From: the human T2T-CHM13v2.0 reference genome, Homo sapiens
DNA: 64,000 bases
Direction: 5' to 3' (one strand)
Assembly (NCBI RefSeq): GCF_009914755.1
Contig: NC_060928.1
A program made the translations under genes and the position numbers. This document shows, piece by piece, positions 33,498 to 45,200 of the stretch (the first letter of the stretch is position 1; every line of letters starts with the position of its first letter). Under the pieces are notes generated by a model. It did no database searches. It saw only the letters and a list, made by a program, of their open reading frames with translations, and had not been told where the DNA came from.

Positions 33498-33692
33498 ATG
33501 CACATATATAAAGTAAATGCCTCATCACACTATGTCCAAATAAAGCAAATGCCAAGCAGTAACCAGTCAAACTCTTTCTGTACCTCAGTTCCTTTTTCTG
33601 TCTATAAACCCTCCCTGTCAGTGTTGCTGGATGGAGACCTCTGAACCTCTCCTGGTTTTTACTGCTGCTGGATTTATAAATTGTTCATTGTT

Positions 33693-34045
33693 GGCCAGGC
33701 TCAGTGGCTCATGCCTGTAATCAGGTGCAGTGTCTCATGCCTGTAATCCCAGCACTGTGAGAGGCCAAGGCGGGCAGATTACCTGAGCTCAGGAGTTCAC
33801 AACCAGCCTGGGCAATATGATGAAACCTCATCTCTACTAAAATACAAAAAATTAGCTGGGCATGGCGGCATGCACATGTAGTCCTGGCTACTCAGGAGGC
33901 TGAGGCAGGAGAATTGCTTGAGTCTGGGAGGTGGAGATTGCAGTGACTGAGATCGCACCACTACACTCCAGCATGAAAAACAGAGTGAGACTCCATCTCA
34001 AAATAAATAAATAAATAAACAAATAAATAAATAAATAAATAAATA
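33693..34045 (+). mobile_element. Alu (J/S-type) with a duplicated 5' end and a (TAAA)n tail
   Basis: 'ggccaggctcagtggctcatgcctgtaatc aggtgcagtgtctcatgcctgtaatcccagc'. Short TSD attgtt (33687-33692 / 34046-34051). Confidence 0.95.
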
Positions 34046-34424
34046 ATTGTTGCTAAATAAACTCTTATAAATTTAATTTGTCTAAAGTTTTTCTTTTAAC
34101 AGTTCATTGTCAGACTGGAATCCTAAGTAGACCTCTAACAATCCCTGAAAGCACTCAGTGACCAAGAGAAGGTACCCACCAGGGCCCATTGTGCCCACTG
34201 ATCTCTCACAGCCGTGGGGGTGTGAGTGAGTTCTCTCTTCTCTTCAAGCTCCACAAATGTGTTTTGAGCTCTCTGAGTTTATTTGAGCACTTTTGATCTA
34301 GAGTGAGTATGGAAGCCATGACAGACAGGATTGGGTCCTGCAGGGAGGCTTCAGGTGTCTGACTAGACCAGACATAAGCTAAACTGGGTTCAATAGATAG
34401 GTGGGTTTACTAGAGGACAGAATC

Positions 34425-34590
34425 ATGGGCTCATCTGGATGCAAAGAGTCTAGAACTCCTCCATCTGGGGCAACAGCCGATTACATTTATAAAATCTATA
34501 GACCCAGAATCACTGCTTTTCTAGAGAAACATGTAAATCATACCAAGATAACTTTGAGTTACAATGTCCACAGTAGGAAAATTTCTTACA
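34425..34590 (+). pseudogene. ERV gag matrix (N-terminal) remnant
   Basis: MGSSGCKESRTPPSGATADYIYKIYRPRITAFLEK: an MG start ~320 nt after the PBS, resembling class I ERV Gag N-termini. Frameshifted downstream. Confidence 0.65.
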
Positions 34591-34633
34591 AAAGGCAAAC
34601 AGATGCATATTTTTATAGCTACATCAATACAGG

Positions 34634-35332
34634 TGTTAGCAGTGGTGAATCTGTATAGATCTGCAGCAACCTCAATTCTTGCCTCCTCAGAATAAAAAAT
34701 TTGATGGAGGGGCATAAAGCCAAAGGAGAGACCAAGGCAAGTTTTAGAGCAGAAGTGAAAGGTTATTTAAAAGTTTAGAGCAGGAACGAAAGGAAGTAAA
34801 GTACACTTGGACAAGGGCCAAGTAGACAACTTGAGAGATTGTGTATGGTTTGACCTTTGACTTGGGTTCTTATACATTGGCATGCTTCTGGGGTTGAATT
34901 ACTTCTCCCCTGATTCTTCCCTTGAGGTGGGCTATCTGCAAGTGCAGTGGCCTGCCAGCACCTGGGAGGGGCTGCATGTGCAGTGTGTTTACTAGAGTTA
35001 TACACATGCTCACTTTGAGGCATTCTTCCTTCACCTGTCTGAATGTTCCCATAAGGTCATATACCAGTTAAACTCTGCCATTTTTGCCTCTTAGTGTGCA
35101 TGCTTGAGCCCACTCGCCCGACTCCTGAGATCTTATCAGGAAGCTACTGATGACCAGTTTCAGAAGTTTCTATCTATTGGGAGGCTGCCTTTCCCTGGCA
35201 CTGGCTGCAACCAATTATTATTTTAGAGAGACAGTTAACAACCACCTGACCATCACCTGGTGGTCCCCTGACATTCCTTGAGTGGGAGCCCTCTCCTGCC
35301 CTGCTTATATCTGCCTGACTACCTACTAGTCA
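34634..35332 (-). mobile_element. MER50 solo LTR (ERV1), antisense within gag
   Basis: The reverse complement starts 'tgactagtaggtagtcaggcagatataagcagggcaggagagggc'. The plus strand starts 'tgttagcagtggtgaatctgtatagatctgcagcaacctcaattcttgcctcctcagaa'. Length is ~700 bp. Confidence 0.85.
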
Positions 35333-35412
35333 GGCAGGGACCAAGAGAATGTCTTTGTACATATTTTAAACCTAATCCAGTGGGTCTTAAACTAAAACAG
35401 TCTGTGCTCTGA

Positions 35413-35455
35413 GATATCTGCCCTTATTGTAAGCAAGCCATTGGAAAAGAGTGTT
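35413..35455 (+). pseudogene. gag nucleocapsid CCHC zinc-knuckle remnant
   Basis: gat atc tgc cct tat tgt aag caa .. cat tgg aaa aga .. tgt = DICPYCKQ/HWKR/C with small deletions. Confidence 0.7.
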
Positions 35456-35907
35456 CACTTTTACACCAGCCATCAGAGGGACCCCTCCCTTTGGCATAAA
35501 CTATTATTTTTTATTTCCTTTTTTTACTAGAAGAAGCCCTCAAAGTCTTCACTCCCAGGAAAATAATTGACCAAGGTCTCAGAGAGAAGAGAGAATATTT
35601 TTCTGGTGGGAGTTTCAAATCAAGTCCAAAAAGTCTCCATGTCTGAACCTATCTAATTGACACTTGGACCATTTTCAGAGAAAAATTTCTAAGAATTAGT
35701 GTCCCCTTTTCTCTAGTCAATTTTGCTTCTTTCATAGGAAACTCAAAGTTGATGGATACCCCTCTTCTATATGGAACCCCTGCTGACTATATGGACTATA
35801 TGCTCTGCCAACTCTGTTCAACACTTTCTTGTTATCATGGTCTTCTCTATGCCCCAACACTCCTTCTCACGAGGAGAATGGTGGAGGGGGGTACCTGAAT
35901 GAAACTG

Positions 35908-38259
35908 TGATAGAGTTTGACTCTGTGTCTCACCCAAATCTCACCTGTAGCTCCCATAATTCCCATGTGTTGTGGGAGGGAGCTTGTGGGAGATAACTGA
36001 ATCATGGGGGTGGGTCTGTCCCATGCTGTTCTCATGAGAGTTAATAAGTATCACAAGATCTAATGGATTTAAAAATGGGAGTTCTCTTCTTTTAAATTTA
36101 AATTTAAATTTTAAATTTTAAATTTAAAAATGCACAAGTTTTCTCTTTGCCTGCTGCCCTCCATGTAAGATGTGACTTTCTCTTCTTTGCCATCTGCCAT
36201 GATTGTGAGGCTTCCCCAGCCACATGGAAATGTAAGTCCAGTTAAACCTCTTTGTTTTGTAAATTGCCCAGCCTCAGGTATGTCTTTATCAGCAGCATGA
36301 AAATGAACTAAAAGAGTAAATTGGTACTGGAAGTGGGGTGTTGCTGAAAAGTTACCTAAAAATGTGGAAGTGACTTTGGAACTCAGTACCAGGCAGAGGT
36401 TGGAACAGTTTGGAGGGCTCAGAAGAAGACAGGAAAATGTGGGAAAGTTTGGAACTTCTTAGAGACTTGTTGAATGGTTTTGACAAAAATGCTGATAGCA
36501 ATATGAACAATGAAGTCCAGGCTGATGTGGTCTCAGATGGAAATAAGAAACTTGTTGGGAACTGGAGCAAAAGTGACTCCTATTATGTTTTAGCAAAGAG
36601 ACTGGCAGCATTTTGCCTCTGCCCTGGAGATTTGTGGAATTTTGAACTTAAGAGAGATGATTTAGGATAGCTGGTAGAAGATATTTCTAACAGCAAAGCA
36701 TTCAAGAGGTGACCTAGGTGCTGTTAAAGGCATTCAGTTTTGTGAGGGAAGCAGAGTATAAAAGTTCAGAAATTTTGCAGCCTGACAATGTGATAGAAAA
36801 GAAAATTTTGTTTCCTAAGGAGACATTCAAGCCGGCTGCAGAATTTTTTATATGTAATGAGAAGCCGAATGTTAATCCCCAAGACAATGGGAAAAATGTC
36901 TCCAAGGCATGTCAGAGGTCTTCACAGCAGCCCCTCTCATCACAGGCCTGGAAGCCTAAAAGGAAAAAGTGGTTTCATGGGCTGAGCCCAAGGTCCCCGT
37001 ACTTTGTTCAGCCTAGGGACTTGGTGCCTGGGTCAGAGACACTCCAGCCATAACTGAAAGGGGCTGATGTAAATCTCAGGCTGTGGCTTCAGAATGGGGC
37101 AATCTTCAAGCCTTGGCAGCTTTCCACCTGGTGTTGAGCCTGCAAGTGCACAGAAGTCAAGAATTGAGGTTTGGAAACCTCTGCCTAGATTTCGGAGGAT
37201 GTATGGAAACACCCGGATGTCCAGGCAGATGTTTGCTGCAGGGGCAGGGCTCTCATGGTAAACCTCTGCTAGAGCACTGCAGAAGGGAAATGTGGGGTTG
37301 AGACTCCACACAGAGTCCCCACTGGGGCACTGCCTAGTGGTGCTATGAGAAGAGGGCCACTGTCCTCCAGACCCCAGAATGGTAGATCCATTGACAGATT
37401 GCACCATGCACCCGGAAAAGGCATAGATAATCAACACCAGCCCATAAAAGCAGCCAGGAGGGAGACTGTACCCTGCAATGCCACAGGGGCAGATCTGCCA
37501 AAGACCATGGGAGTTCACTTCTTGCATCAGCATGACCTAGATATGAGACATGGAGTCAAAGGAGATCATTTTGGAGCTTTAAGATTTGACTGCCCTGCTG
37601 CATTTTGGACTTGCATAGGGACTGTAGCCCCTTTGTTTTGGCCAATTTCTCCCATTTGGAATGGTTATATTCACCCAATGCCTGTACCCCCATTGTATCT
37701 AGGAAGTAACTAGCTTGCTTTTGATTTTACAGGCTCATAGGTGGAAGGGACTTGCCTTGTCTCAGATGAGACTTTGGACTGTGGACTTTTGAGTTAATGC
37801 TAAAATGAGTTAAGACTCTGGGGACAGTTGGGAAGGCATGATTGGTTTTGAAATGTGAAGACATGAGATTTGGGAGGGGCCAGGGGCAGAATGATATAGT
37901 TTGGCTCTGTGTCTCAACTCAAATCTCATCTTTTAGCTCCCATAATTCCCACATGTTATGGGAGGAACCCAGTTGGAGATAATTGAAACATGGGGGCAGG
38001 TCTTTCCCATGCTGTTCTTGTGACAGTGAATAAGTATCACAAGATCTGATAGTTTTAAATAATTGGAATTTCCCTGCACAAGCTCTCTCTTTGCCTGCCG
38101 CCATCCATGTAAGATGTGACTTGCTCCTCCTTGCCTTCCACCATGATTGTGAGGCTTCCCCAGTCACGTGGAACTGTAAGTCCAATTAAACCTCTTTGTT
38201 CTGTAAATTCCCCAGTCTCAGATATGTCTTTATCAGCAGCATGAAAACAAATTAATACA
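35908..38259 (+). mobile_element. Second full-length THE1 (B-like) MaLR: LTR 35908-36315, internal 36316-37891, LTR 37892-38259
   Basis: Two LTRs sharing variants, internal region colinear with 31568-33136, PPT gggaggggccaggggcagaa. No matching TSD. Confidence 0.96.
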
Positions 38260-39308
38260 TTCACCATTACACATGCCACAGTCAAATCCTCTCACAGTTC
38301 ACGGTTGTATCTGGCACCCCCAAAAGCCAAAGAGGTCAGGATAGGTCATGCAATACAGGAAAGCAGAGCTATGAAGAATCTGTCCATGACTCTTGGAACT
38401 TCACAAAGAAAAAAGAACACCCAAAAAGGGATAAGCAGCACCTTTTTTCTGAGTTTTAGGGGTTCAAGTCATTAGAGGCCTTCTCTAGACTTTTTCTTGT
38501 ACCAAAGATGATGACGAGGGAAGGAGAAATGGGGGAAAGAAAGGTAAATGAAAGATCATTTGTTTTTGTTTTTAAAGACAGGAAGCAAACACAGAAACCA
38601 AGTGCATGGCTTTGTTTTGCTTTGCTTTGTTTCTCTTTTGCAGCTCTGAGGAATTTAAGCCAATTCAGAGAGGTCTTGTTATCCATAATCTGGAATTCTT
38701 ATTAGGATTTTACCAAGTAAGGTGGAGTTGGTACTGATTGGAGTTGAGTCTGATGTGAGAAAGATTGGAACAGACAATGGCAAAAAAACCCAATATGACT
38801 ATTAAGCGTTCAAATCATAAGGAAAAATCAAGATCAGCTGGTTGTTAATCTTAACTTTACTCAAAAAAAAAAAAAAAACCCACAATTTCAGCTACGTATC
38901 TAGTAATGGGTCTCAGGCTGAAGACTGCTCTCTACCATCCTAGAAGCAGGAAAAACCTTCCCAGTTGGAAGCAAGCTCAGAAAGGAGTTACTTGCCTTCC
39001 ATCATCATGGAAGCAGGCCAACTTACATTCATTGTTGGAATCAAGTAAATCTCCAAAAAGGTTGTAAAGCAAAATAAACTTTAGATCTCAATCAAATTTT
39101 GGGAGATCAGGGATCCTCTTGGCATTGGGGGCAGGTCTCAGAAAATTGTGCTATTGGTTTGAGCCATAAAGACAGCTCAAGCTGTTACCAAGAATCAATA
39201 GGAGATTTGTCAAAGGTCAGGGGAACTTCCATTGGTACCAAGAATCAATAGGAGATTTGTCACAGGTCAGGGCAACCTCCACTCAGAGTCCCTTCATCGT
39301 CACCCAAA
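38260..39308 (-). mobile_element. MER4-int-type ERV1 leader region, antisense
   Basis: Follows the MER4 LTR on the minus strand with a PBS-like 'tttgggtgacgatgaagggactct' (compare tRNA-Arg type tggcgaccacgaagggac). Confidence 0.75.
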
Positions 39309-39888
39309 TGTAAACTTCAAATATCTTAGACAGGACTCAGCCAGCTTAGAAAGTTTATTTGGCTACAGTTAAGGATGTGCCCATGACACAGGCTCAGGAG
39401 GTCCTGATGACATGTGCCCAACATGATTGGGGTACGGCTTGATTTTATACATTTTAGGGAGACATAACACATCAATCAATGTATGTAACATTCACATTGG
39501 TTGATCTGGAAGGGCAAGGCAACTAGAAGCAGGGACTTCCAGATCATAGGTAGATTTAAACATATTCTGATTGGTAATTGGTTGAAAGAGTTATTATCCA
39601 TAGAAAAGAATGTCTGGGTTACGATAAGGGGTTGTGGAGACCTAGGTTTTATTATGCAGATGAAGCCTCCAAGTAGCAGGCTTTAGAGAGAATAGACCAT
39701 AAATGTTTCTTATCAGACTTAAGGTTTATGTTAACATTAATACTGGAGGGGTATAATGAGGAATGTCCAAACCCCACTTCCTGTCATGGCCTTAACCAGT
39801 CTTTCAGGTTAAATTTTACAGGGCCCTGGCCAAGAGGGAGTCCATTCAGATGGTTGCAGAGGTCTCTGAATGTTATTTTTGGTTTATA
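39309..39888 (-). mobile_element. MER4 (B-like) LTR, the 5' LTR of a truncated antisense provirus
   Basis: 'tgacacaggctcaggaggtcctgatgacatgtgcccaa..ttttatacattttagggagacat' is the hallmark MER4 string. The other end is 'ttatttttggtttata'. Confidence 0.9.
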
Positions 39889-41899
39889 GAACTAAGAGTT
39901 CAACATAAGAACAATGTGCAAATGAAAAAGCAATGTCCATTATTTCATGTATATCAAGCACAGCAATAAAACAAACAAACAAAAATTATGGTTTCAGGTG
40001 TTTGCTTTCATGATGACATTTACATGTTATACAAATAGCCAACAGGGAAATAACTTGATGATGGCTAGCTTTGTTTGGTGTTAAAATGTGTCTACTTCAA
40101 AATAGTTTCCCAAATCCCTTTGGTAACTTGCACCTTGAAGTTTTGCAAATTTAAATAATAAATATTCATTAAATATGTAGATTATTTTAATATAATATAA
40201 AATACTGAAACATTAATTGATAAACATAAGTTTAAATTTATTTACCTTGGACATCTTGTTTTTTATATGGTATGAAGAAGCTAAGTATATTTTGGTCTGT
40301 TAAACAAAAATAAATCATATTTTGATGATGCACATATTTTCAGAAATTACAAAATGGTGTTAATCCACAGAATGCTGCTTTGCAAATGCTAATAATTAAA
40401 ATTCTAATTAATATATGCTAATTAAAACTAGAAATAATAAGAGTAACAACTTCATATGCAAGGAAAGTAAGACAAGTTTTTGTTAATTAAAGCAATGAGG
40501 TATGGAAGACTTGTTCTGTTAAGGAAAAAAGTCATTATTGTCCTAAAGTAGAATGACTAGTTGTTTCAAAATGGGAAGAGAAAAAGTATTGGGACAAAGC
40601 CTAAGTAAATAAGGGAAGTTGTAGGTTTGTGGAAGATGAATCTTGTGAAACAAATGTTATGTGTTATGAAGCTGGCTAAGATTAAAAAGGAATTATTATC
40701 TTTTCTAAACATTTAGCATCAATTAAAAAATTCACTGATGCAAAACTAGAATTTTGTTCTGTCTAACAATTTGATCCTCTGTTAAAACAAATAATGCTCT
40801 TGGAGTATTGGTTGGCTGTTAATAGGAGATTGTGAAAGGTGTTCACCTTTTAGGAAATCGGGCTGGGAAGTAAATTTCTTGTTTCACCCTGTTTACTCCT
40901 GTGCTTTATGTTGTGTTTATTACATCTTTCATTTACAAAACTGAGTCCTATTTATTAAAACAGGTTTTTGTAATAACTATGTAACTTTCTGTATTTGCCT
41001 TTGAAGTCTTTAAGTTATCCCTCTAGTTAAATGAATAACTATTATTTGAGTGACCTATGCTTCTATTTTGATCAAGTATTTTAATCTCTTGATATTTTTG
41101 ACAAACTTCCTGAACTCAAAATTCTAAATGAAGTTTTTTTCTTGAGCTTGAGTTAACTTCTGGATTTTCTGGATGTGTCTTTGGAACGTCTCCAAAGGAT
41201 TTGTCTCTTTCTTTGTATAAAAAGACATATTAAACTATTTGGGCTTATTTGATACATTAAATTATATAAGAAGCATTGTCTAATAATAAGTAATGCTAAC
41301 ATTTTTTGAATTACATTTATATGGACATGTTATTAATATGTATTCCAGGAATTATAAAATAATATGTATTCCAGGAATTATAAAATCCATAGAAATCTGG
41401 TCATATTTTTGGACTTGATAAGAAGTTCCAGAACTCTAAGAAAGGAACTGATTGGTTCCATAAAACTACTAACCCAAACATGAAGAAGAACAGAATTAAT
41501 TGAGTATCAGGAATGTTAAATTAAATTTGGTAGATTTTCATGCTAGGCTGTAAGTGTGTGGCTTTATTATTAAAATATTGCAATTATTAAAATATGCAAT
41601 TTGAATGAACCTCATAAGTTTGATCCAAGTCAAATTACCTATGATAACCTATTTAAGAAACAATGCTGTATACCTGAATTGGAGAAACAAAGGTGATGTT
41701 TATGAAGATCTAAATCTAATGCTAAGTATGATCTCATGAAAACCCTAGACAACTGCCTTCTAGAGTCTTTAAAGTGCTTCCAGAGTCTTTAAAGCTTCCA
41801 TTATTCCATTAGATCTACTCTATGACTCATCATATAATAGATCTAATGATATTTTGAAAATTAAAAATTGGTTTGGTAATTGTTCTAACATTATGAAAA

Positions 41900-44080
41900 T
41901 GGTTTATAACCAATATTTGATTTGTCAAATTCATATTCCATAAGACAGTAAAAAACTCAGGTGATTAATTTCTAGCACTTGAAGTACCATTTAAATACTT
42001 ACCAACAGATTTCATGAAAGTGCTACTTTCAGTGTATGTTTTCTGGTTGTATAGAAACTTTCCCATGAAGAAAGGCTGATTCTATGATAGTAACTAAGAG
42101 ATTTTTGCAAAATGTGTTTCCTTTATGGGACATTGCTGGAGAAATCTTCAGTGATAGAGGTATTCATTTCACTGCAGTTAGACAAGGTATTACAAATACA
42201 ATGGCAATAAGCAAAGCTAATTGAATCAACTGTACTGTCTTTGTCAAAGGTATTAGCAGACTGATGATAATTAGATCTATTCTTACTAGAAAACATACAT
42301 TGACCCCTAATGAAATAATTACTGAAAGGCCTAAACCCCTAATAATAAAATCATGTGTATCTCCTGCTCTTAGAAACTCTGACAAGATTCAGCATTGCAA
42401 GGCTTGAATGCATTATGCCTAAGTGTATTTTTCACCACATAAAATAAGCCTTTAAATGGCCTGCCAACTGATGACAACCACACCTTTCACAATCTAGAAC
42501 CTGAAGATTATATCATACGGATATGACACCAGAGAAAAACCACCATTGAACCGCATCGTAAGGAATCATATCAAGTTCTTTTACTTTTTAAATTTCAGCT
42601 TTTATTTTAGATACAGGGGTACATATGTAGAATTGTCACATGGGTATATTGGATCCAGGTAGTGAGCATAGTACCCAATAAGTAGTTTTTCAACCATGCA
42701 CACTCTGTGCCTCCTCCTTCTAGTAGTCTGCAGTGTCTACTGTTCCTATGTTTATGTGCATGTGTGCTCAGTATTTTGCTCCCGCTTGTAAATGAGAACA
42801 TGCAGTATTTGGTTTTCGTTCCTACATTAATTTGCTTAGGATTATGGTCTCCAACTCCATCCACGTTTTTATGAAAAACATGATTTCATTCTTTTTTATG
42901 AGTGTATAGTATGTCATAGGGTATATGTGTCCCATTTCCTTTATCCAATTCATCATCAATGGGCACCTATTTGCTTCCATTTATTTACTATTGTGAATAT
43001 CACGACAATGAACATATCTGTATTCCTTTGGGTATATACCCAGTAGTAGGATTACTGAGTCAAGTGGTAGCTGCTTTAAGTTCTTTGAGAAATCTCCAGA
43101 CTGCTTTCCACAGTGTCTGAACTAATTTATATTCCCACAAACAGTGTATAAGCATTCTCTTTATTCTGCAGCCTCACCAGCATCAGTTGATTTTTACCTT
43201 TTTAGTAATAGCCATTCTGACTGCTATGAGATGGTATTTTATTGTGGTTTTGATTTGCATTTTGTGATGATTGGTGATGATGAGCATTTTTTTCATGTTT
43301 ATTGGCTCCTTGTATGTCTTCTTTTGAAAAGTGTCTACTCATGTCTTTTGCCCACTTTGTAATGGTGTTATTTGTGTTTTTTGCTCACTGATTTAAGTTC
43401 CTTATAGATTCTGGATGATATTAGAACTTGGTTGGATGCAAAGTTGTGACTATTTTCTCCTGTTATGTAGGTTGTCTGTTAATCCTGTTGGTAATTTCTT
43501 TTGCTGTGCAGAAGCTCTTTCATTTAATTAGAACCCATTTGTCAATGTTTGTTTTTGTTGCATTTGCTTTTGGGGACTTGGCCAAAAATTCTTCACCAAG
43601 GCCAATGTCAAGACGGGTACTCCCTAAGTTTGGTTTTCTTCTAGGATTTTTACAGTTTGAGGTCTTGTATTTAAATCCTCAATCTATCTTGAATTAATTT
43701 TTGTATGTGCTGAAAGGTAAATATCTAGTTTTATTTTTCTGCATATGGCTAGCTCATTATCCCAGCATCATTTATTGTTTAGGGAATGCTTTCCCCACTG
43801 TTTGTTTTTGTCAGCCATGTTGAACATCAGATGACTGTAAGTATGTGGCTTTATTTCTGTGTTTTCTATTCTGTTCCATTGATCTATGTGTTTGTTTTGT
43901 ACCAGTACCATGTTGTTCTGGTTACTATAGCCTTATAGTATAATTTGAAGTTAGGCAGTGTTATGCCTGCGGCTCATCCAAACCAATCCTAAGCATACCG
44001 AGTTCTTAACAATCATATGGCAGCAATAATACAGGGCCTTGAGTCTTGGGTCCACGTCTCTCCCTCCAGACTCTTGCGAC
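41900..44080 (+). pseudogene. ERV pol integrase remnant, split by an L1 insertion
   Basis: 42033-42179 translates CMFSGCIETFP*RKADSMIVTKRFLQNVFPLWDIAGEIFSDRGIHFTAV (core around the second catalytic Asp, SDRG). ~42488-42580 gives HNLEPEDY..HQRKTTIEPHRKESYQVL (GPY-like C-terminus). It resumes after 44007 (..GLESWVHVS). Confidence 0.88.
42581..43993 (-). mobile_element. L1PA15/16-type 5'-truncated insertion with a ~20-bp 5' micro-inversion
   Basis: Reverse-strand 3' UTR and ORF2 end. TSD catatcaagttctt (42567-42580) / cataccgagttctt (43994-44007). Confidence 0.93.
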
Positions 44081-44699
44081 TACACAGCCATTGGAGACCT
44101 CAAAAGTAAAACTAGGCAGGGAGGTTTTTCCTCAGAAGCAGGGAACCTAATGTTGGATATGTTATGTCAAACCTAAATCCTTACATGATCTTAAAAACTG
44201 TCTGCTTTACCCTTTAACAAATTTTACTAATATCCCAACTGCAGTATCTATTCTTTTCTACAGGGTTAGGCTTTTAGATTTAGGTATCCAGATTCCTTGT
44301 TAAAATATAACAGAAAGCAAAACCTATAGTATGGGTTTTGCAGTAATATTATACCAGAAATTAAATTTAAAAACCAAAATAAATGTATTTTGACCTTTTG
44401 TAGACAAATTTATAACCCTAATCCCCTAAATGTTGATAGCCTCCAATTATGCAATAATTCAGTAATGGAGCCTAGGATAAATATTACTAGTGCTTCCCTA
44501 CTAGTTAGTCCTAATGCATGAGGCATCCCACAGGGAACTGTCTGTGGTGCCTCTCTAAAATATATATTTACATAGAGAGCATAACAATGAAAAATAAGGT
44601 ACTATAACAGTGAAAAATAAGGGACCACTGTGTTTTAGAGATTCTAACAGTATCACTGTCAATCTATAACCAGTTAGAAGCTGAACATTGTACACCTTT

Positions 44700-45200
44700 T
44701 AATTTGCACCACAGAATAAAGAGAAATTTGCCAGCAAATGTAAATCCCACCAAATTGGCATCTTTTTGTAGAATGCTTCTTACTTGACTTGGCATACACG
44801 TAAATAAAGTTAGGAATCAAAATTTGTCTCAAACATTAGCCACTATAGTTGATTCTACAGTTGCCCAGAAAACTTCTTTAAATTATCTTGCTAAAGTTAT
44901 TTTAGATAACATGACTGTATTGCACTATTTGTTGGCTGAACTAGGGGTATGTGCAATAGCTAACACCTCCTGCAACACTTAGATAAATAAATCTGGTATG
45001 ACAGAAACTCAGTTTCAGGAAATCAACAAAAAAGCTACTTGGTTAAAACAAGGAGATTTTGCTTTTGTCTCATTTTTTATATATTTGATTTTTATATATC
45101 TGATTTTGATTTTGATTGTTTCAATTTGTAAAGTTTATATACTTTAGTTTCTTAGTATTATCCTCTTTATAGCTGTCATAATGGATTCCTTGGTGCACTG
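44700..45200 (+). pseudogene. ERV env transmembrane-subunit remnant
   Basis: Furin site RIKR (44713-44724). 44821-45051 translates NLSQTLATIVDSTVAQKTSLNYLAKVILDNMTVLHYLLAELGVCAIANTSCNT*INKSGMTETQFQEINKKATWLKQ, i.e. heptad repeat, immunosuppressive domain and degenerate CX6CC. Confidence 0.9.

Larger units (their letters stand above)
31055..34101 (+). mobile_element. MER57-type 5' LTR in three pieces (31055-31205, 33498-33692, 34046-34101)
   Basis: The pieces join to match the 3' LTR at 45445-45862 ('gctgagt.tcagccaatt', 'aaatgcctcatca', 'tttgtctaaagttttt..tttaa.a'). Confidence 0.88.

Noticed and set aside
37033-37713. Longest ORFs (166 aa minus, 122 aa plus) as novel proteins
   Set aside because: They lie within THE1 internal sequence, and the paralogous copies in this window are broken at different places.
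31460-38170. PRDM9 hotspot motif CCTCCCTNNCCAC in THE1 LTRs
   Set aside because: All four LTRs read cctccccagacac, ccttcccagacac, cttccccagccac or cttccccagtcac. None has the CCTCCCT core.
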